DNA of 64,000 nucleotides, taken from Eledone cirrhosa. Its lineage: Eukaryota. Where the stretch lies: positions 103,168,001-103,232,000 of the forward strand of contig OZ024742.1 of assembly GCA_964016885.1 (NCBI GenBank), in the 5' to 3' direction. Below the pieces are notes generated by a model that saw only the letters and a list, made by a program, of their open reading frames with translations, made no database searches and was not told the origin of the DNA. This document shows, one piece after another, positions 41,745 to 57,540 of this stretch. Each line of letters begins with the position of its first letter. Position 1 is the first letter of the stretch. The translations under genes and the position numbers were made by a program.

Positions 41745-42125
41745 CGTGTGTGTGTGTTGTGTGTGTTTGCCCCTAGGCATGGTTATCGCAACCTTCAGAC
41801 AACAGATCTATAGCATTGGCGTCAGACCTAACAGCAGATCGCCCTAATCAAAGAATTGTCCAAATTCACCGAATGGTAAATTAAATATATCTTTCAACGA
41901 AGTCACGACTTATTGATTAGTTTTCTGAAAAAAACAAAACAAAACAAAAAACAAGGAACAACTAGCCAGTGCTATTATAGTAAAATTTAGCCGATTTTTT
42001 GGTTAGTAGTAAATAAGCTCGTACTTTAATTAACTTGAATTACTGTAAGGAGTATGGATTTGATTTATTGAAGATATCCATATTTCGTAGTACTACGGAG
42101 TTAGTGGTAGTGATTATATTTCATT

Positions 42126-42547
42126 AGGGCGGTGGATTGGCAGTATCGGTAGAGAATCGGACGCCATGCTTTGCAGCATAGAGTTACGGCTCTTTACGGT
42201 CTGAGTTCAAACCCCGCCGAGGTTAACTTTGCCTTTCATCCTTACGGGGTTGATAAAATAAAGTACCAGTTATGCACTGGGTATTTGCTGGCCTTGTGCC
42301 AAACGTAGAAACAATTATTTAGAGTGGAAAATTGGGTGGGGTGGGGTGGGGGTGGGGGGAATTGGCAGTATCAGTAGAGTGTCAGACACCATGTTTTGCA
42401 GCATAGAGTTATGGCCCTTTATGGTCTGAATTCAAAACCCCCTGAGGTTAACTTTACCTTTCATCTTTAAGGGGTCGATAAAATAAAGCACCAGTTATGC
42501 AGTGGGGGTAATTGCTGGCCTTGTGCCAAAAGTAGAAACAACTATTT
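42126..42547 (+). mobile_element. Two tandem family 1 SINEs
   Basis: 42126-42320 and ~42350-42547 each have the A/B boxes, core and tail. Confidence 0.85.
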
Positions 42548-43412
42548 CGAGTGGAATAGGCGGAGAAGGTGATGTCTATTTATTGTGCCATATAATGGGC
42601 CTATGTCTTGAGTTGGTTATTTCTGTAATGGTGTGTTGTCGTTTTAATGCCGCTATCGTAAAAAATGTTCGATCAACAGAACAGACAGTTAGTGAAGTTA
42701 ACGTACAAGTGGCTCATCATTCCACAGCCACGTGTACCCTCAATGTATCACTCAAGACGATTTAAGCGAAGCAAGCCCGACCAGGATTACAGGAACAGTC
42801 CAACCAACGGCTTCCAAAACAATTTCCATACGTAAAAATATCACAGGTGATGGTAAATGACAAGGTTCCACGCAGGGGGATCGAACCTGGGACTTAATGA
42901 TAGCGAAGCGAACTCCTTAAATCATTCACACACACACACACAGACGGACATAACCATACGTAAACATGCGCACATCCACCCTTACACACACGTACATAAT
43001 ATCTTTCCGCTACTGACCAAACACAACCACAACACTCACGTAGGTACAAACATACACATATAGATCTTCCGACACACACACACACACAGACATACACACA
43101 CCCACGTTAAAACAATAGAAACAAGTCACACCCACGTGGCCACACACACATAGACTGAAGCCATGCACATCTACCAATTTCTTCCCTTCGACACACACAC
43201 AACCACACCCATGACACCCCTATACCCTCCCACCCCACGGCGAACCTTTCACCTACCCCTCCCTACCATTCTTTTACCTCCTGCCCCCTTTTTTCTTAAC
43301 TTCCTTCCCTAACCTTTTCACTCTCCTTATACATCCATCTGTTTTCTCCTTATCCGAACATTCCGCCTAGCGTGAACCTTATATAACTGTGTAATTTTAC
43401 CTCCTGTGTTTT

Positions 43413-43538
<126 letters not shown>

Positions 43539-43866
43539 CGTGTGTGTGTGTGTGTGTGTGTGGAGGTAAATATATTGATCGTTATCAGGTATTTTGTTTT
43601 AAATTTTTATTAAATTTAATAAGGTACTCAACGAATTATGTAGTCTTACAATCAGTGCAGAATGTCTCTAGTTTTAAGCTTTGATATATCTTAGTACACA
43701 CTTATGTGTGTATGAATATATTTCAATCACTTTCTTATAATGATTAAGGGTCGATTTTATTCTCTGAATTCTATCTTCAGCTGTTTTTAGAGACAAGACA
43801 TATGTTTGATATGTTTGATTTTGTATCATTCATGACACCCTTTACTTTGAAAGTAATAATAATAAT

Positions 43867-43971
<105 letters not shown>

Positions 43972-44100
43972 AAAGTTTTATTTAAAATTGTTGGGTTACA
44001 ACGAGTAAATATTTTATAACTGATATAAAAGCACTCAACAGATTTTGGAGTATTTTACGATATAAAACAAATGGAAACTACATTTATAAAACCATATTTA

Positions 44101-44162
44101 TTTCATTATATGTATTTCAGGGATATCATATTAAAAATATGGTATGCCCTCTTCAGATAAAA
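44101..44162 (-). ncRNA. Type I hammerhead motif (family D), left arm of inverted repeat 44056-44408
   Basis: Reverse complement of 44302-44363 with one change in stem III. Confidence 0.68.
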
Positions 44163-44301
44163 TACAATATATAAACAGTTTTATAAATAAATTTGACATA
44201 CCTTAGAATTTTTACAACTTCCATTTAACAACTTTTTAAATGGAAGTTGTAAAAATTCTAAGGTATGTCAAATTTATTTATAAAACTGTTTATATATTGT
44301 A

Positions 44302-44363
44302 TTTTATCTGAAGAGGGCATACCATATTTTTAATATGATATCCCTGAAATATATATAATGAAA
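44302..44363 (+). ncRNA. Type I hammerhead motif (family D), right arm
   Basis: ttttat-CTGAAGA-gggcataccatatt-ttt-aatatgatatccct-GAAA-tatata-TA-atgaaa, overlapping AATAAA. Confidence 0.72.
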
Positions 44364-44405
44364 TAAATATGGTTTTATAAATGTAGTTTCCATTTGTTTT
44401 ATATC

Positions 44406-44572
<167 letters not shown>

Positions 44573-44585
44573 CATATATATATAT

Positions 44586-44658
<73 letters not shown>

Positions 44659-44857
44659 TCTAAAATCTTTTCCTGAGTCCTACCATTTTCGTTGCTATGG
44701 CAATGCGGCTGGACTGCCGATCGCTATATTTGATTTGCAAAGCTGTCTAAACGTATTGTTATTACTCTGGGGTATTATTCTCTATCGAGTGCTAAAGCTA
44801 CATTCCGAATTTGCATTCGTTAGCTTGGCCGCAGCCTAAAGCTTCGTTAATGCTGTA

Positions 44858-44950
<93 letters not shown>

Positions 44951-44955
44951 GTATA

Positions 44956-45734
<779 letters not shown>

Positions 45735-45738
45735 ATCA

Positions 45739-45843
<105 letters not shown>

Positions 45844-45945
45844 TATATGGATATATGTTGATCCAGAGCTGAGCCTGGAGTAACCACAGTAAATAAGGTA
45901 CTTACTCAATATATATGAGTAGAGTGACGACAGAGGTTTATATAG

Positions 45946-46040
45946 AAAAGGCTTCTACAAGTCTAGAACTGTTTCATTCGCATGAAATTATTTGATAATT
46001 TCATACGAATGAAACAGTTCTAGACTTGTAGAAGCCTTTT
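45946..46040. repeat. Fold-back repeat (~46-bp arms) of a family E hammerhead element with a damaged core at the axis
   Basis: Right arm reads TTGATAA-tttcatacgaat-GAAA-cagttctagacttg-TA-gaag. Homologous to 57081-57127 and 35748-35775. Confidence 0.6.
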
Positions 46041-46077
46041 ATACACCCCCTCTCTCCTCTCTCTTTCTATATAAAGG

Positions 46078-46280
46078 ATCGATCGACTTTCGTCAAATCG
46101 GACCGAGGAAACAATGTTTCCGTTGGTCTTTCCAGTTGCTAGTACTATCTATCGGTCGCAACTCCAGGTAGAAGGAGCAACGTGAAATAAAGTGTCTTGC
46201 TCAAGGACATAAGACATCGCCCGGTCCAAGAATCGAACTCACAACCTGAAGATTGTGAATCCAATTCTCTAACCACTCAG
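46078..46280 (-). mobile_element. tRNA-derived SINE (family 2); related copies at ~62025-62260 (-) and ~20360-20510 (-)
   Basis: Minus strand has AGTGGTTAGAG...GTTCGATTC...TGTCCTTGAGCAAGACACTTTATTTCACGTTGCTCC. Confidence 0.7.
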
Positions 46281-46284
46281 ATTA

Positions 46285-46622
<338 letters not shown>

Positions 46623-48146
46623 ATGACCTACAATTAGGAACATACATATATACATCCATATTTATTTATCAGCAATGAGAGTCCAACTCCCTTGTAGATT
46701 TTAATTGTGTCCACAGTGTAGGCGGGCAAAGTGGGCTCGGTTGGATGGTGACATTTGTTACAATTATTTCTGCTGGTGTGCATCCGAGCACAATGATTTA
46801 AGCTAATGAAGTGGTTGATGTTGCTGTTTTGTTTTTGACATGTATGTATTTTTGTTTGTCAGTTTGACTGTGTTAAATAGGAGGGATAGGGTTGTTAGGG
46901 TGGTTTTATTGTAGTGTACTGGGGTGTAGCATAGATTTTTATCAGGTGGAGCTTTTTCTAGCAAAGATTTTTAGTCGTCCCAAAACTAAGTGTTTTTTTT
47001 CATATTTTTATTTTTTATTTTTCATATATATGTACTATACATGCGTGTTCAACCTGTGCTATCTGTATAAAATCTGTATATATATATACATATACACACA
47101 TACACACATATATATACATATGTGTGTGTGTGAGAGTGTACACACACACACACATATATATATATATTTGATACAACACTAGACGTTTTTTTTTCGTTTC
47201 CAGAGCCTGCTGAAACTAAAATTTCCAAAGTGAAAATGTGAAATCATTTACTTTTGCAAATTAAGTGACAATTGTGAAGTTTAAATATTCACCCTTGGCT
47301 GGAAACGAAAAATGACAAAACTCAGATTCTCCATTCACATTATGCAAAAACCATAGCCTCCAAATACCTGATCCACCGGAGCTCAGCGATCTCTGATAAT
47401 ACAAAGGTCGACACCTTGATAACGGACCCTTGCAATGGTGATGTAAAATGTGTCCCGCATGCACGATCCTACAGAATTAGAGAGACATGCAGTTCTCTGG
47501 ATACAACCAAAGAGACAGACTAAGAGTATAGAAAAGAGCCAAGGCAAAATCACCAAAGAGAACGATGCGAATGGGACATGCCCGCTATACAGGAGCAAAT
47601 CATGGAATAGAATAGAAAGGACAAAGAGAAAGAGAGAGAAGGCTAACTAAAAAAAATAACAGAAAGTAATGTTTGTTGATGCTACTCCTAGAAGTGAACT
47701 AGCGTGTAGATTTAGGAGAACCCTGGATAAACTTAACTTAAGATCTGTAGGATCTTTTAAGAAAAACCCCTGTACTGAGAGAAATTGTATTGCAGATAAA
47801 CTACAAAACTAGGAATGCCGTCTATAGTATATGGTGCACAGAGAGACGGTGTAGAAACAAGACATCAGTGTATATGGGAGACATAGCCCGCTACATAGGA
47901 GAGATGATGAAGGGGCACTGAAGAGAACTGAAAGAGGGAAAAGCTCGCCAGTGCTATACCTACATGCCAGACTAGAACATAGGGGTTCAATAGAGAATAT
48001 AGAAGTAAAGATTCTATTCACACATAGAAGTGAAAATCAATGTGTAGTGCGCGTGTTTTTATTGGCAACATGACTCTCCAAATATAACAAAATCTGTTTC
48101 AGAACACGATTTCACAGCAAGAAGTTTGCAAAGCAAATACATAAAC

Positions 48147-48201
<55 letters not shown>

Positions 48202-48469
48202 GTGTGTGTGTGTGTAAAAGGTAAACAGAAATAACAAAACAGATGGCACAGTACAAGGAAGAAATATATTAGTTTAACACTTGAAATAGCAGGAAGAGAG
48301 TCTTAAGGTTTCGGACACTAGTCCTTCATTAGATGATAGAGTTAGAAATAGAAGATGAATAGAAAGTAAAGAGTGATAAGAAGAAAGAACGGGGGGAAAT
48401 GAGAAAAATAATTGGGAAGAACAATAAACACACGTGCGTCTTCAGTCTCTCTCTCTCTTTATATATATG

Positions 48470-48510
<41 letters not shown>

Positions 48511-48520
<10 letters not shown>

Positions 48521-48962
48521 TATTTTGCAATACACTGTATTCTTAATTAAAAGCATTTCGAAGACCTTACGCTATTGTTTTAGAGTAGTGACAGTCTCAC
48601 TTACTTTAAATTTTCAGCAAACAGGGGGAGATAAAGCTGACAGAGCTCTGTTTCGTACTTTTTGGTACTTATCAAAGCTAAGTACTCCATCTGTTTGCTG
48701 AAAATCATGAATGTTTGATTCTTATAGAATTCTAGTAATAATCAGGAACTGATTATACAGAGCGGTTGCCGGACAAGCAGAAATTGAAAATTAGAATTGG
48801 TGCTCTGAAATAGCGATATATACATGAATGTATATATAGTGTATTTTGCAATACACTGTATGCTTAATTAAAAGAATTTCGAAGACCTTACGCTATTGTT
48901 TTAGAGTAGTGACAGTCTCACTTACTTTAAATTTTCAGCAAACAGGGGAGATGAAGCTGACA
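48511..48962 (-). mobile_element. Retrozyme-like element: ~1.4 copies of a 320-bp unit with a degenerate hammerhead (family F, 48610-48705)
   Basis: 48517-48642 is repeated at 48838-48962. Minus strand reads agct-TTGATAA-gtac-caaaaa-gtac-GAAA-cagagctctg-TC-agct within a long extended stem I. Flanked by TA. Confidence 0.68.
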
Positions 48963-48971
48963 ATATATATA

Positions 48972-49250
48972 ACGTGGCCTAGTGGTAAGAGTGTTGGACT
49001 TACGAACATAATGTCGTGGGTTCGATTCCTGGGTTGCGTGTTGTGTTCTTGAGCAAAACACTTCATTTCACGTTGCTCCAGTATACTCAGCTGAAAATGA
49101 ATACCAGCAATAGCTGGGGGTTTAACCCTGCGATGGACTGGCGTCCTGTCCAGTGGGGTGTCTTGTACTCTCAGTCACTTCACGCCATGAAACCGGGATA
49201 AGCACTGGCCAAATGAGCCTTCTGGCTTAAGACAGACTTTAGACTTTTTT
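48972..49250 (+). mobile_element. tRNA-derived SINE (family 2-like head with a different 3' half)
   Basis: GTGGCCTAGTGG A box, GGTTCGATTCC B box, TGTGTTCTTGAGCAAAACAC, CCCTGCGATGGACTGGCGTCCTGTCCAG and an AGACTTT repeat tail. Confidence 0.75.
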
Positions 49251-51726
49251 AAAATATATATATAAACACAGACGTGGCATATTAGTATGCTTTATATATG
49301 GTGGGAGAATGGAAAAGTTAATATATGATGTCGCATTGTGGTGAAATTATGTAACATCAACTCTACGGTGTTACATATAAGACAATATGATGGAACTTTA
49401 TGCAAATATTTTATAACGTTTCTATGTTTGGATCCAAAGTAACTAGGAAGTAGTTTAATTAGAATGATAGCTGAATTAATATTAATGTCTTTTATACAGA
49501 GAACATAAGAAGTTTTACTAGAAAAATATTAATGAACATAATATGATTTAGTGTACAAAATAGCTCCTAATTTTATCTATATATAGAGGGGTGTTAGACC
49601 TGCCATCCTCTAAAAACCCGAACGGGGAGTACTACGAAAAAAGTTTCCCAAAATGTGGAGATTTTACATAATGAAAGCTATATGAAAGCGAACCCATTTT
49701 CACCCCAAAGTGGGTGGGAGATCTCCTCGTCGGGAGGGGAGAGTTGACAGCCCAGGGGTGTGGATTGGTAGAATTCATAGAGCATCGGATAAAATGTCAT
49801 TGTGGTGTTTGTTCTGGCTTTTTACATTCTGAGTTCAAATCTCGCCAAAGTCAGCTTTGCCTTTTATCTTTCCAAGGTAGCAGTCAAATATAAAGTAGCA
49901 GTCAAGTACTGATTAATCAATGTTACTCTTTCTCCCAAATTTGCTGGTCTTGAGCCTGAATTAGAAATCAATAGTATGCATATATTCTGCCACTTCTTTT
50001 CAGATGCGAGCTAACCAGGGAGATATCGTTGACGCCAACATCCCTTAATTTACACAGTCCGTGGGAAACAACCTCATAATGGCCAATAGTTAACAATGAC
50101 GTCTTACGGTAAAACTTGAATTGAAAATCAACATTTATATATATGCCAGCTGTTGTTTGTTCATATATCGGACTGTTTATACTTGTTAGACCATTTGACA
50201 ATCTGATTGAAAAACAAAATAAATAAACAAATATATAAATAAATAACTAAATAGGAAAGAAAAACAATCCAATAGACTATCGCAGGATTAACACAAAGAT
50301 AATAATTCAATTTACCAATGGATCGATGAAGCTGGAGGTTTGATAAGGTGAACTAGGGGTCAGAAATAGTGGGACTGAATCATTTGCCGGTGTATAGTAG
50401 TAGCATATAGTTTAGAAATAACATTTTGCTGTGAACTGTCATGTTATCCATACTGGGAGTGAGGAAGAACAGAACTATTGATTTCTCTTATAGATACAAC
50501 GTCTTAGAATTTTAGAAGTAATTAATTGAATTTGTGTGATGATCATGCTTTCCTTAAGAGCCCTGTATGTTTGTATGTATCCGTAAGATGCACTGTTGTG
50601 ATATACGGCATGTCCTGGGCATTTTAAATCTAGCGAAGTCCATTTATCGACCTCGAAAGGATAAAAGGCAAAGCTGATCTCGGTGGATTTGAACTTAGAG
50701 AGTGAATGTAGAGGGTTGGAATGAATACCGCAAAACATTCCCCCCGAAGCTCTAACGACTCTGCCAACCCACTGCATTTTAAGAGCATTAAATTATGATA
50801 TATGGTAGGAATAGATAGTCAGAACTGGGTGGTAGAATAGTTTGCTGAGATTAACAAAACAAGTTCAGCAAATAAATACACCCAGTTCAGTTCATTCCTG
50901 TGAGAAAAAAAAATGTGTTGTTTTTATTACTGTTTAGGATTAATTGAAGTTTCTCGTTATTTGAGGGAGATACATCCCTCAAATAACGAAGCTTTAACAT
51001 TTTACGATTTAAAATGAAATAGAATTAGTCTACGGGGATCGGTTGAAAATTTCATTGGCTGACCATGATACTCTCATGGAATGACCTAATGAGGTTTATT
51101 TTTCAACATAATCCCTGGAAAGAAACAATGTAGTTATTAATAAGAGTTGAAATTAATGCACGCAAGATTTCACAGCTCTAGCATCACTCCTTCATAGTCA
51201 GCCAATGACAAAAATATTATTCAACCAGCTTCCATTAAGTTTTATAATGTTGCAATAAAAAATACAAAATGAAAGTAAGGGAAAGTATGGGAACTAATGA
51301 TTACGAAGCGATATTCTTAACCATTCGGCCATGCTGCTTCCAAATTCACGATTTATTCTCACATGCTCTATCTCAGTATATTAGTTTATTTGTTTATTTA
51401 TTTATTATGTATCCGTGACACCTGATTGAGTCGCAGGAGTGCCGTATTTTATGCATTTTTAAAACCTGGCGGATCTCACACTTCTCCAGGCCTGAGCACA
51501 ACTGATTTCTTCAAGAAAATGAGACAAAGTGAGAAGAGGAAGTGAGAAAGAGATATAAAAGAAGAATCGATTCCAGTACTGAACTAATACATTTTTTTTA
51601 TCGACCTCGAAAGAATAAAAAGCAAAGTTGATGTCGGCGGGATTTCAACTGAGAGAACCGAAACGAATACCGTATAGCATTCTATTCGACGTTCTAACGA
51701 TTCTGCCAATTGACTGTCTTCGTTGA

Positions 51727-52948
<1,222 letters not shown>

Positions 52949-55130
52949 TTTATTAATAAAATATGAAACAAAAGAAAACTAATACAAACATACTTCAGAA
53001 GGTGTAATATTTGTGTTTAAGCAATTTAAAAGGTATTTTAGATAGAATAACCTGAAAGGCTTAACCATGTCATTCACAAGAATATTAACATAGCGGTCGG
53101 ATCTTGAGCTATAGTCTCTGATAGACTAAAAAATTGTTACCTGAAATAGAAATAAAATATTAGCCCAGAATATCGCAGTCAATCTACTATTAAATATTGT
53201 TGAGAAGAGGGTTAGATAATTAGATTAGGTAACATATAAGTATAAACAATACTAAGAGTATAAATTACTAAATTACTCCCTCTCCCCATTTCTGCTTATG
53301 TCTTTCCAAAAGTGGACTTGTAACAGTTTAAGTGGATCTCTTAGGTCTCGGAGAGCCCATAAAGACAATAGACACTGGTCTTCCCCGAGACTCTTTTCTC
53401 CCCAAAAGTTGTATTTTGGCTGCTAAACAATAACTCCCCAGCTACACATTAAAAAGAGGTACCTGTTGATTAGGCGATGAATCGTTGTTAGAGTTGTTAG
53501 AACGTCGGATAGAATGCTTTGTGGTATTCGTTCCGGTTCTCTGTTTTTCATCCTTTCAAGATCGATGAAAAAAAAAAAAAAATACCTGTCCAGTTAAGTA
53601 CTGGGCTCGTTTCTTCTATATCACGTTTTCTGAAAATTTATTCTTTCTCTTAGATTTCAGGTATTTTTTGAAAGCAAAGCATTGGCCTCTAAAATACTAC
53701 AGTGGGTCCTGCAATGCTACTGTGGGCTCTTGCAATGTTACCGTGGGCCCCGCTAGGGCCCACTTGCTTTTGAGCAACCTGGCAACCTGGCCAGTCTGTC
53801 ATTGCATACATACGTTCATATACTGTGTGTGTGTTTCTATACACATATACGTATTTATATGAATTCAAACACACACACACACACACACACACGTACATAC
53901 ATAGCTACATACATACGTACATACATATGAACCTATTTATACATATGTGTGTGAGTTCATTCATGTCACTATCTGTATAGCAGTGGTGTCGGTAGTAAAC
54001 AACCAAGTAATAACAGCATATGGTGTACAGAAAATTAATTCAATATTGTTGTTATTTGTGTGTACCTATATGTGTGTGTGGATGTGTGTGTGAATGTGTG
54101 TGTGTGAGTGTGTGCGTGTGCGTTTGGATGTGTGTGTGTGTGTGGATGTTTTTTTGTGTGTGTGTGGATGTGTTTGTGTGTGTAAGTGTGTCTGTGTGAT
54201 AGGTAAGCGTAATTATCTTTAGTTGATCTGTGATAAATCTCTGCCTTTGATAATGAACTCGTTATAGTGAAACAATTGGTCGGCTACTAACGACTGGACT
54301 AACACAGATCTGTTACAACGTCTTAAGTGACTGACTTCTTTGTGCCTGAAAAACAAAATCTAATCAAACTAAACAAACAAAAAAAAAGAAGAATAAACAA
54401 ACAAATAAAAAATACAAGATGGCTGCCGTACGATCGTTTGCTGAATGGGTTAGGTTTATGTAAATATGTTTATTATTGAAAGCAAACATTAATGGTGATG
54501 TTGGTGGTTATGATGATGATTATTATGATAATGTTGACGATTGCAATTAGAATGAGAAGTATGAGAAGATGGAGAATTGGCTATACTGTACTATAAGCCA
54601 ACGTAGAGTATATAGACCTTGTCTGTTGGTAGAATACTGCCAGTTTATCTTTCAGATCATAAAAAACATAATGAAAGAATTCTTACATAAGCATACAATA
54701 ACACATTTTTTTGGGGGAAAAACTTACGAACCAGAACAAATTTATGTACTTCTTGTGGTTATCTAACATTCAGGAAATACCAGCCAAATGCACCCACTCT
54801 AATAGAGGGAAACCTGTGGCTTCGGAAGCATCCGATGATGTTGACCAGTTCTCCTTTTCGGGTAGTGTTTTCGATGCTCAGAGAGTGGAATTGATCGAGT
54901 GCAAGGCCTTTCCCCACTTAGAAAATATTCAAAGCACAGGTATTGCTTGTTCAGGATATGTTACATATTCGTGTGGCTGACCGTAGCCTAAAAGTGCAGT
55001 TTCGATAATCTGACAGGCGATTGCAGTACTCATAGCTGAGTTTGCAGCCATCATCATGTATGTATGTATGTATGTATGTATGTATGTATGTATGTATGTA
55101 TGTATGTATGTATGTATGTATGTATGTATG

Positions 55131-55452
55131 TTAAACCACTGGGAGTGAAGGACCCCTAGCCTTTGTCAGGGCATTCTTCTAGGAGAAGGCAATTCAGGAA
55201 ACTGGGAAAACTCCGATATAAAACCTGCGGCTCAGTAGTTACTGATGATGTTGATCTTTTCTTCTTTTCGGGTTATAGCTACTGTTGCTCAGAGAGTGGG
55301 ATTGGCTCAGTGCACAGTCTTTCCTCACTTTAAAAAATATCTTCACGCACAGGCATTGTTCGATAGAATTAATTAATAATTAATAATTAATAATTATTAA
55401 TAATGGTATATCGTGCAATGGCCATACTCGATAACGAGAAGGCAGCCATCAT
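55131..55452 (+). mobile_element. Diverged, 5'-truncated relative of the RTE-derived element
   Basis: tctaggagaaggc, agagagtgggattggc and the tail ggccatactcgataacgagaaggcagccatcat-(GTAT)n. Confidence 0.6.
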
Positions 55453-55480
55453 GTATGTATGTATGTATGTATGTATGTAT

Positions 55481-56090
55481 GTCAGGTCACCAGTTGGTGC
55501 TACTGGTAACATGTATCCCAGTACAACCTGTCCCATGGTCGGGTCGTTGGCGACTAAACTGGCAACCCCACCAAGGTTTCTTGGTGAGGAGGGTGACTTT
55601 GGACATCCTGCAGGACTAAAAACAAAACCTGTCAAAGGGCAAAGGAGCTCTTAAGAGTCAATAGCCATCCAAAATCACCGGGAGAGATGACCCCTTAGCC
55701 TTTGTCAAGGCAGAATTCTAGGAGAAGGAAAACTCTGATATAACACCTGCAACCCTGATGGTATCCAATGATGTTGACTTGTTCTTCTTTTTGGTAAATA
55801 TCATCTTGGTTAAGAGAGTGGGACTGGCTTTGTGCAGTGCCTTTGCTCACTATAAAAGCTTCACGGCACAGGCATTGCTTTATATCTGGAGATCTCTCTG
55901 CACTTGTCGTCACATGGTACCATGGGCCCAGCACTATGTGTCAGTAATTGTCACAAGTGTAGTGTTTGTACCAGAGTTTTCAAGTCGCTGGCTGGACTAA
56001 AAAGTCACACTCGTTCAGCGCATCGGTAGGGGTTCTCCTACATGGATATAAAGTAGTGGCCGTACTCGAAAACGAGTTGGCAGCCACCAT
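55481..56090 (+). mobile_element. Non-autonomous RTE-derived element, copy C
   Basis: As copy A. C2H2 remnant [23 protein letters not shown] at ~55958-56029 and a (TATG)n tail. Confidence 0.8.
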
Positions 56091-56138
56091 GTATGTATGT
56101 ATGTATGTATGTATGTATGTATGTATGTATGTATGTAT

Positions 56139-56748
56139 GTCAGGTCACCACTTGGTGCTACTGGTAACATGTATCCCAGTACAACCTGTCTCATGGTCGG
56201 GTCGTTGGCGACTAAACTGGCAACCCCACTAAGGTTTCTTGGTGAGGAGGGTGACTTTGGACATCCTGCAGGACTAAAAACAAAACCTGTCAAAGGGCAA
56301 AGGAGCTCTTAAGAGTCAATGGCCATCCAAAATCACTGGGAGAGATGACCCCTTAGCCTTTGTCAAGGCAGAATTCTAGGAGAAGGAAAACTCTGATATA
56401 ACACCTGCAACCCTGATGGTATCCAATGATGTTGACTTGTTCTTCTTTTTGGTAAATATCATCTTGGTTAAGAGAGTGGGACTGGCTTTGTGCAGTGCCT
56501 TTGCTCACTATAAAAGCTTCACGGCACAGGCATTGCTTTATATCTGGAGATCTCTCTGCACTTGCCGTCACATGGTACCATGGGCCCAGCACTATGTGTC
56601 AATAATTGTCACAAGTGTAGTGTTTGTACCAGAGTTTTCAAGTCGCTGACTGGACTAAAAAGTCACACTCGTTCAGCGCATCGGTAGGGGTTCTCCTACA
56701 TGGATATAAAGTAGTGGCCGTACTCGAAAACGAGTTGGCAGCCACCAT
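56139..56748 (+). mobile_element. Non-autonomous RTE-derived element, copy D (tandem to C)
   Basis: Near-identical to copy C, separated only by (TATG)n. Confidence 0.8.
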
Positions 56749-57024
56749 GTATGTATGTATGTATGTATGTATGTATGTATGTATGTATGTATGTATGTAT
56801 GTATGTATGTATGTATGTATGTATGTATAAGCGTGTCTGTGTCTCTGTGTATTTATGTCTGGTACATTAACGGATCGATAATACAGAAATTCATAGAATA
56901 AGTACTAGACTTGAAGAACATGTACTGGCATCGATATGATCGACTAAATCAAGGGGATGTCCCAGCATAGCCGCACAATACTGACCGAAACAATTTAAAT
57001 TGTGCTGTAATCAATAAAACTGTG

Positions 57025-57080
<56 letters not shown>

Positions 57081-57081
<1 letters not shown>

Positions 57082-57127
57082 TTCCTGATGATTTCTAAAG
57101 AATGAAACAGTTCTAGTCCTGTAGAAT
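57081..57127 (+). ncRNA. Type I hammerhead motif (family E)
   Basis: attc-CTGATGA-tttc-taaa-gaat-GAAA-cag-ttctagtc-ctg-TA-gaat, with a GUA triplet, directly after (TA)n. Confidence 0.7.
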
Positions 57128-57442
57128 CTCATCTATATTAAAACTTATATATATATATAATCAAAGAGGCTATTGTCTGTTGTTGTAGTTATTTTAAATC
57201 CATATTATTGATAACTTCTAGATAAATAAACATGCATATAACTTTTTATTTGTTTATCGAACTCTGGTCAACGTCTTCTCTCTCATATACACAGACTCTT
57301 TGAAATAGTTACATACTCATGTATGTATGAACCTACAGTGTGTTTTAGGCAATTTAAACCTGACAGAGCTCATCCCCTCACCAAGTCTGAACACAGTACA
57401 TTTCTTCCACAGAGAGAGTGAGATAGATAGATAGATAGATAT

Positions 57443-57525
<83 letters not shown>

Positions 57526-57540
57526 CATAGATAGATAACT

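Noticed and set aside
47261-48021. Short ORFs in a relatively complex purine-rich stretch (possible exon or TE remnant)
   Set aside because: No recognisable motif or consistent splice structure.
48298-48340. Hammerhead-like CTAATGA-aggac-tagt-gtcc-GAAA on the minus strand
   Set aside because: The core is mutated and neither stem III nor stem I closes. It may be a relic but cannot be supported.
50954-50989. Perfect 15-bp hairpin TCGTTATTTGAGGGA/TCCCTCAAATAACGA
   Set aside because: Isolated, with no other copy or motif. Probably a local template-switch inversion.
55695-55934. 79-aa ORF conserved in four places (MLGPWYHV...)
   Set aside because: Antisense to the RTE-derived element. Conservation is explained by near-identical recent copies.
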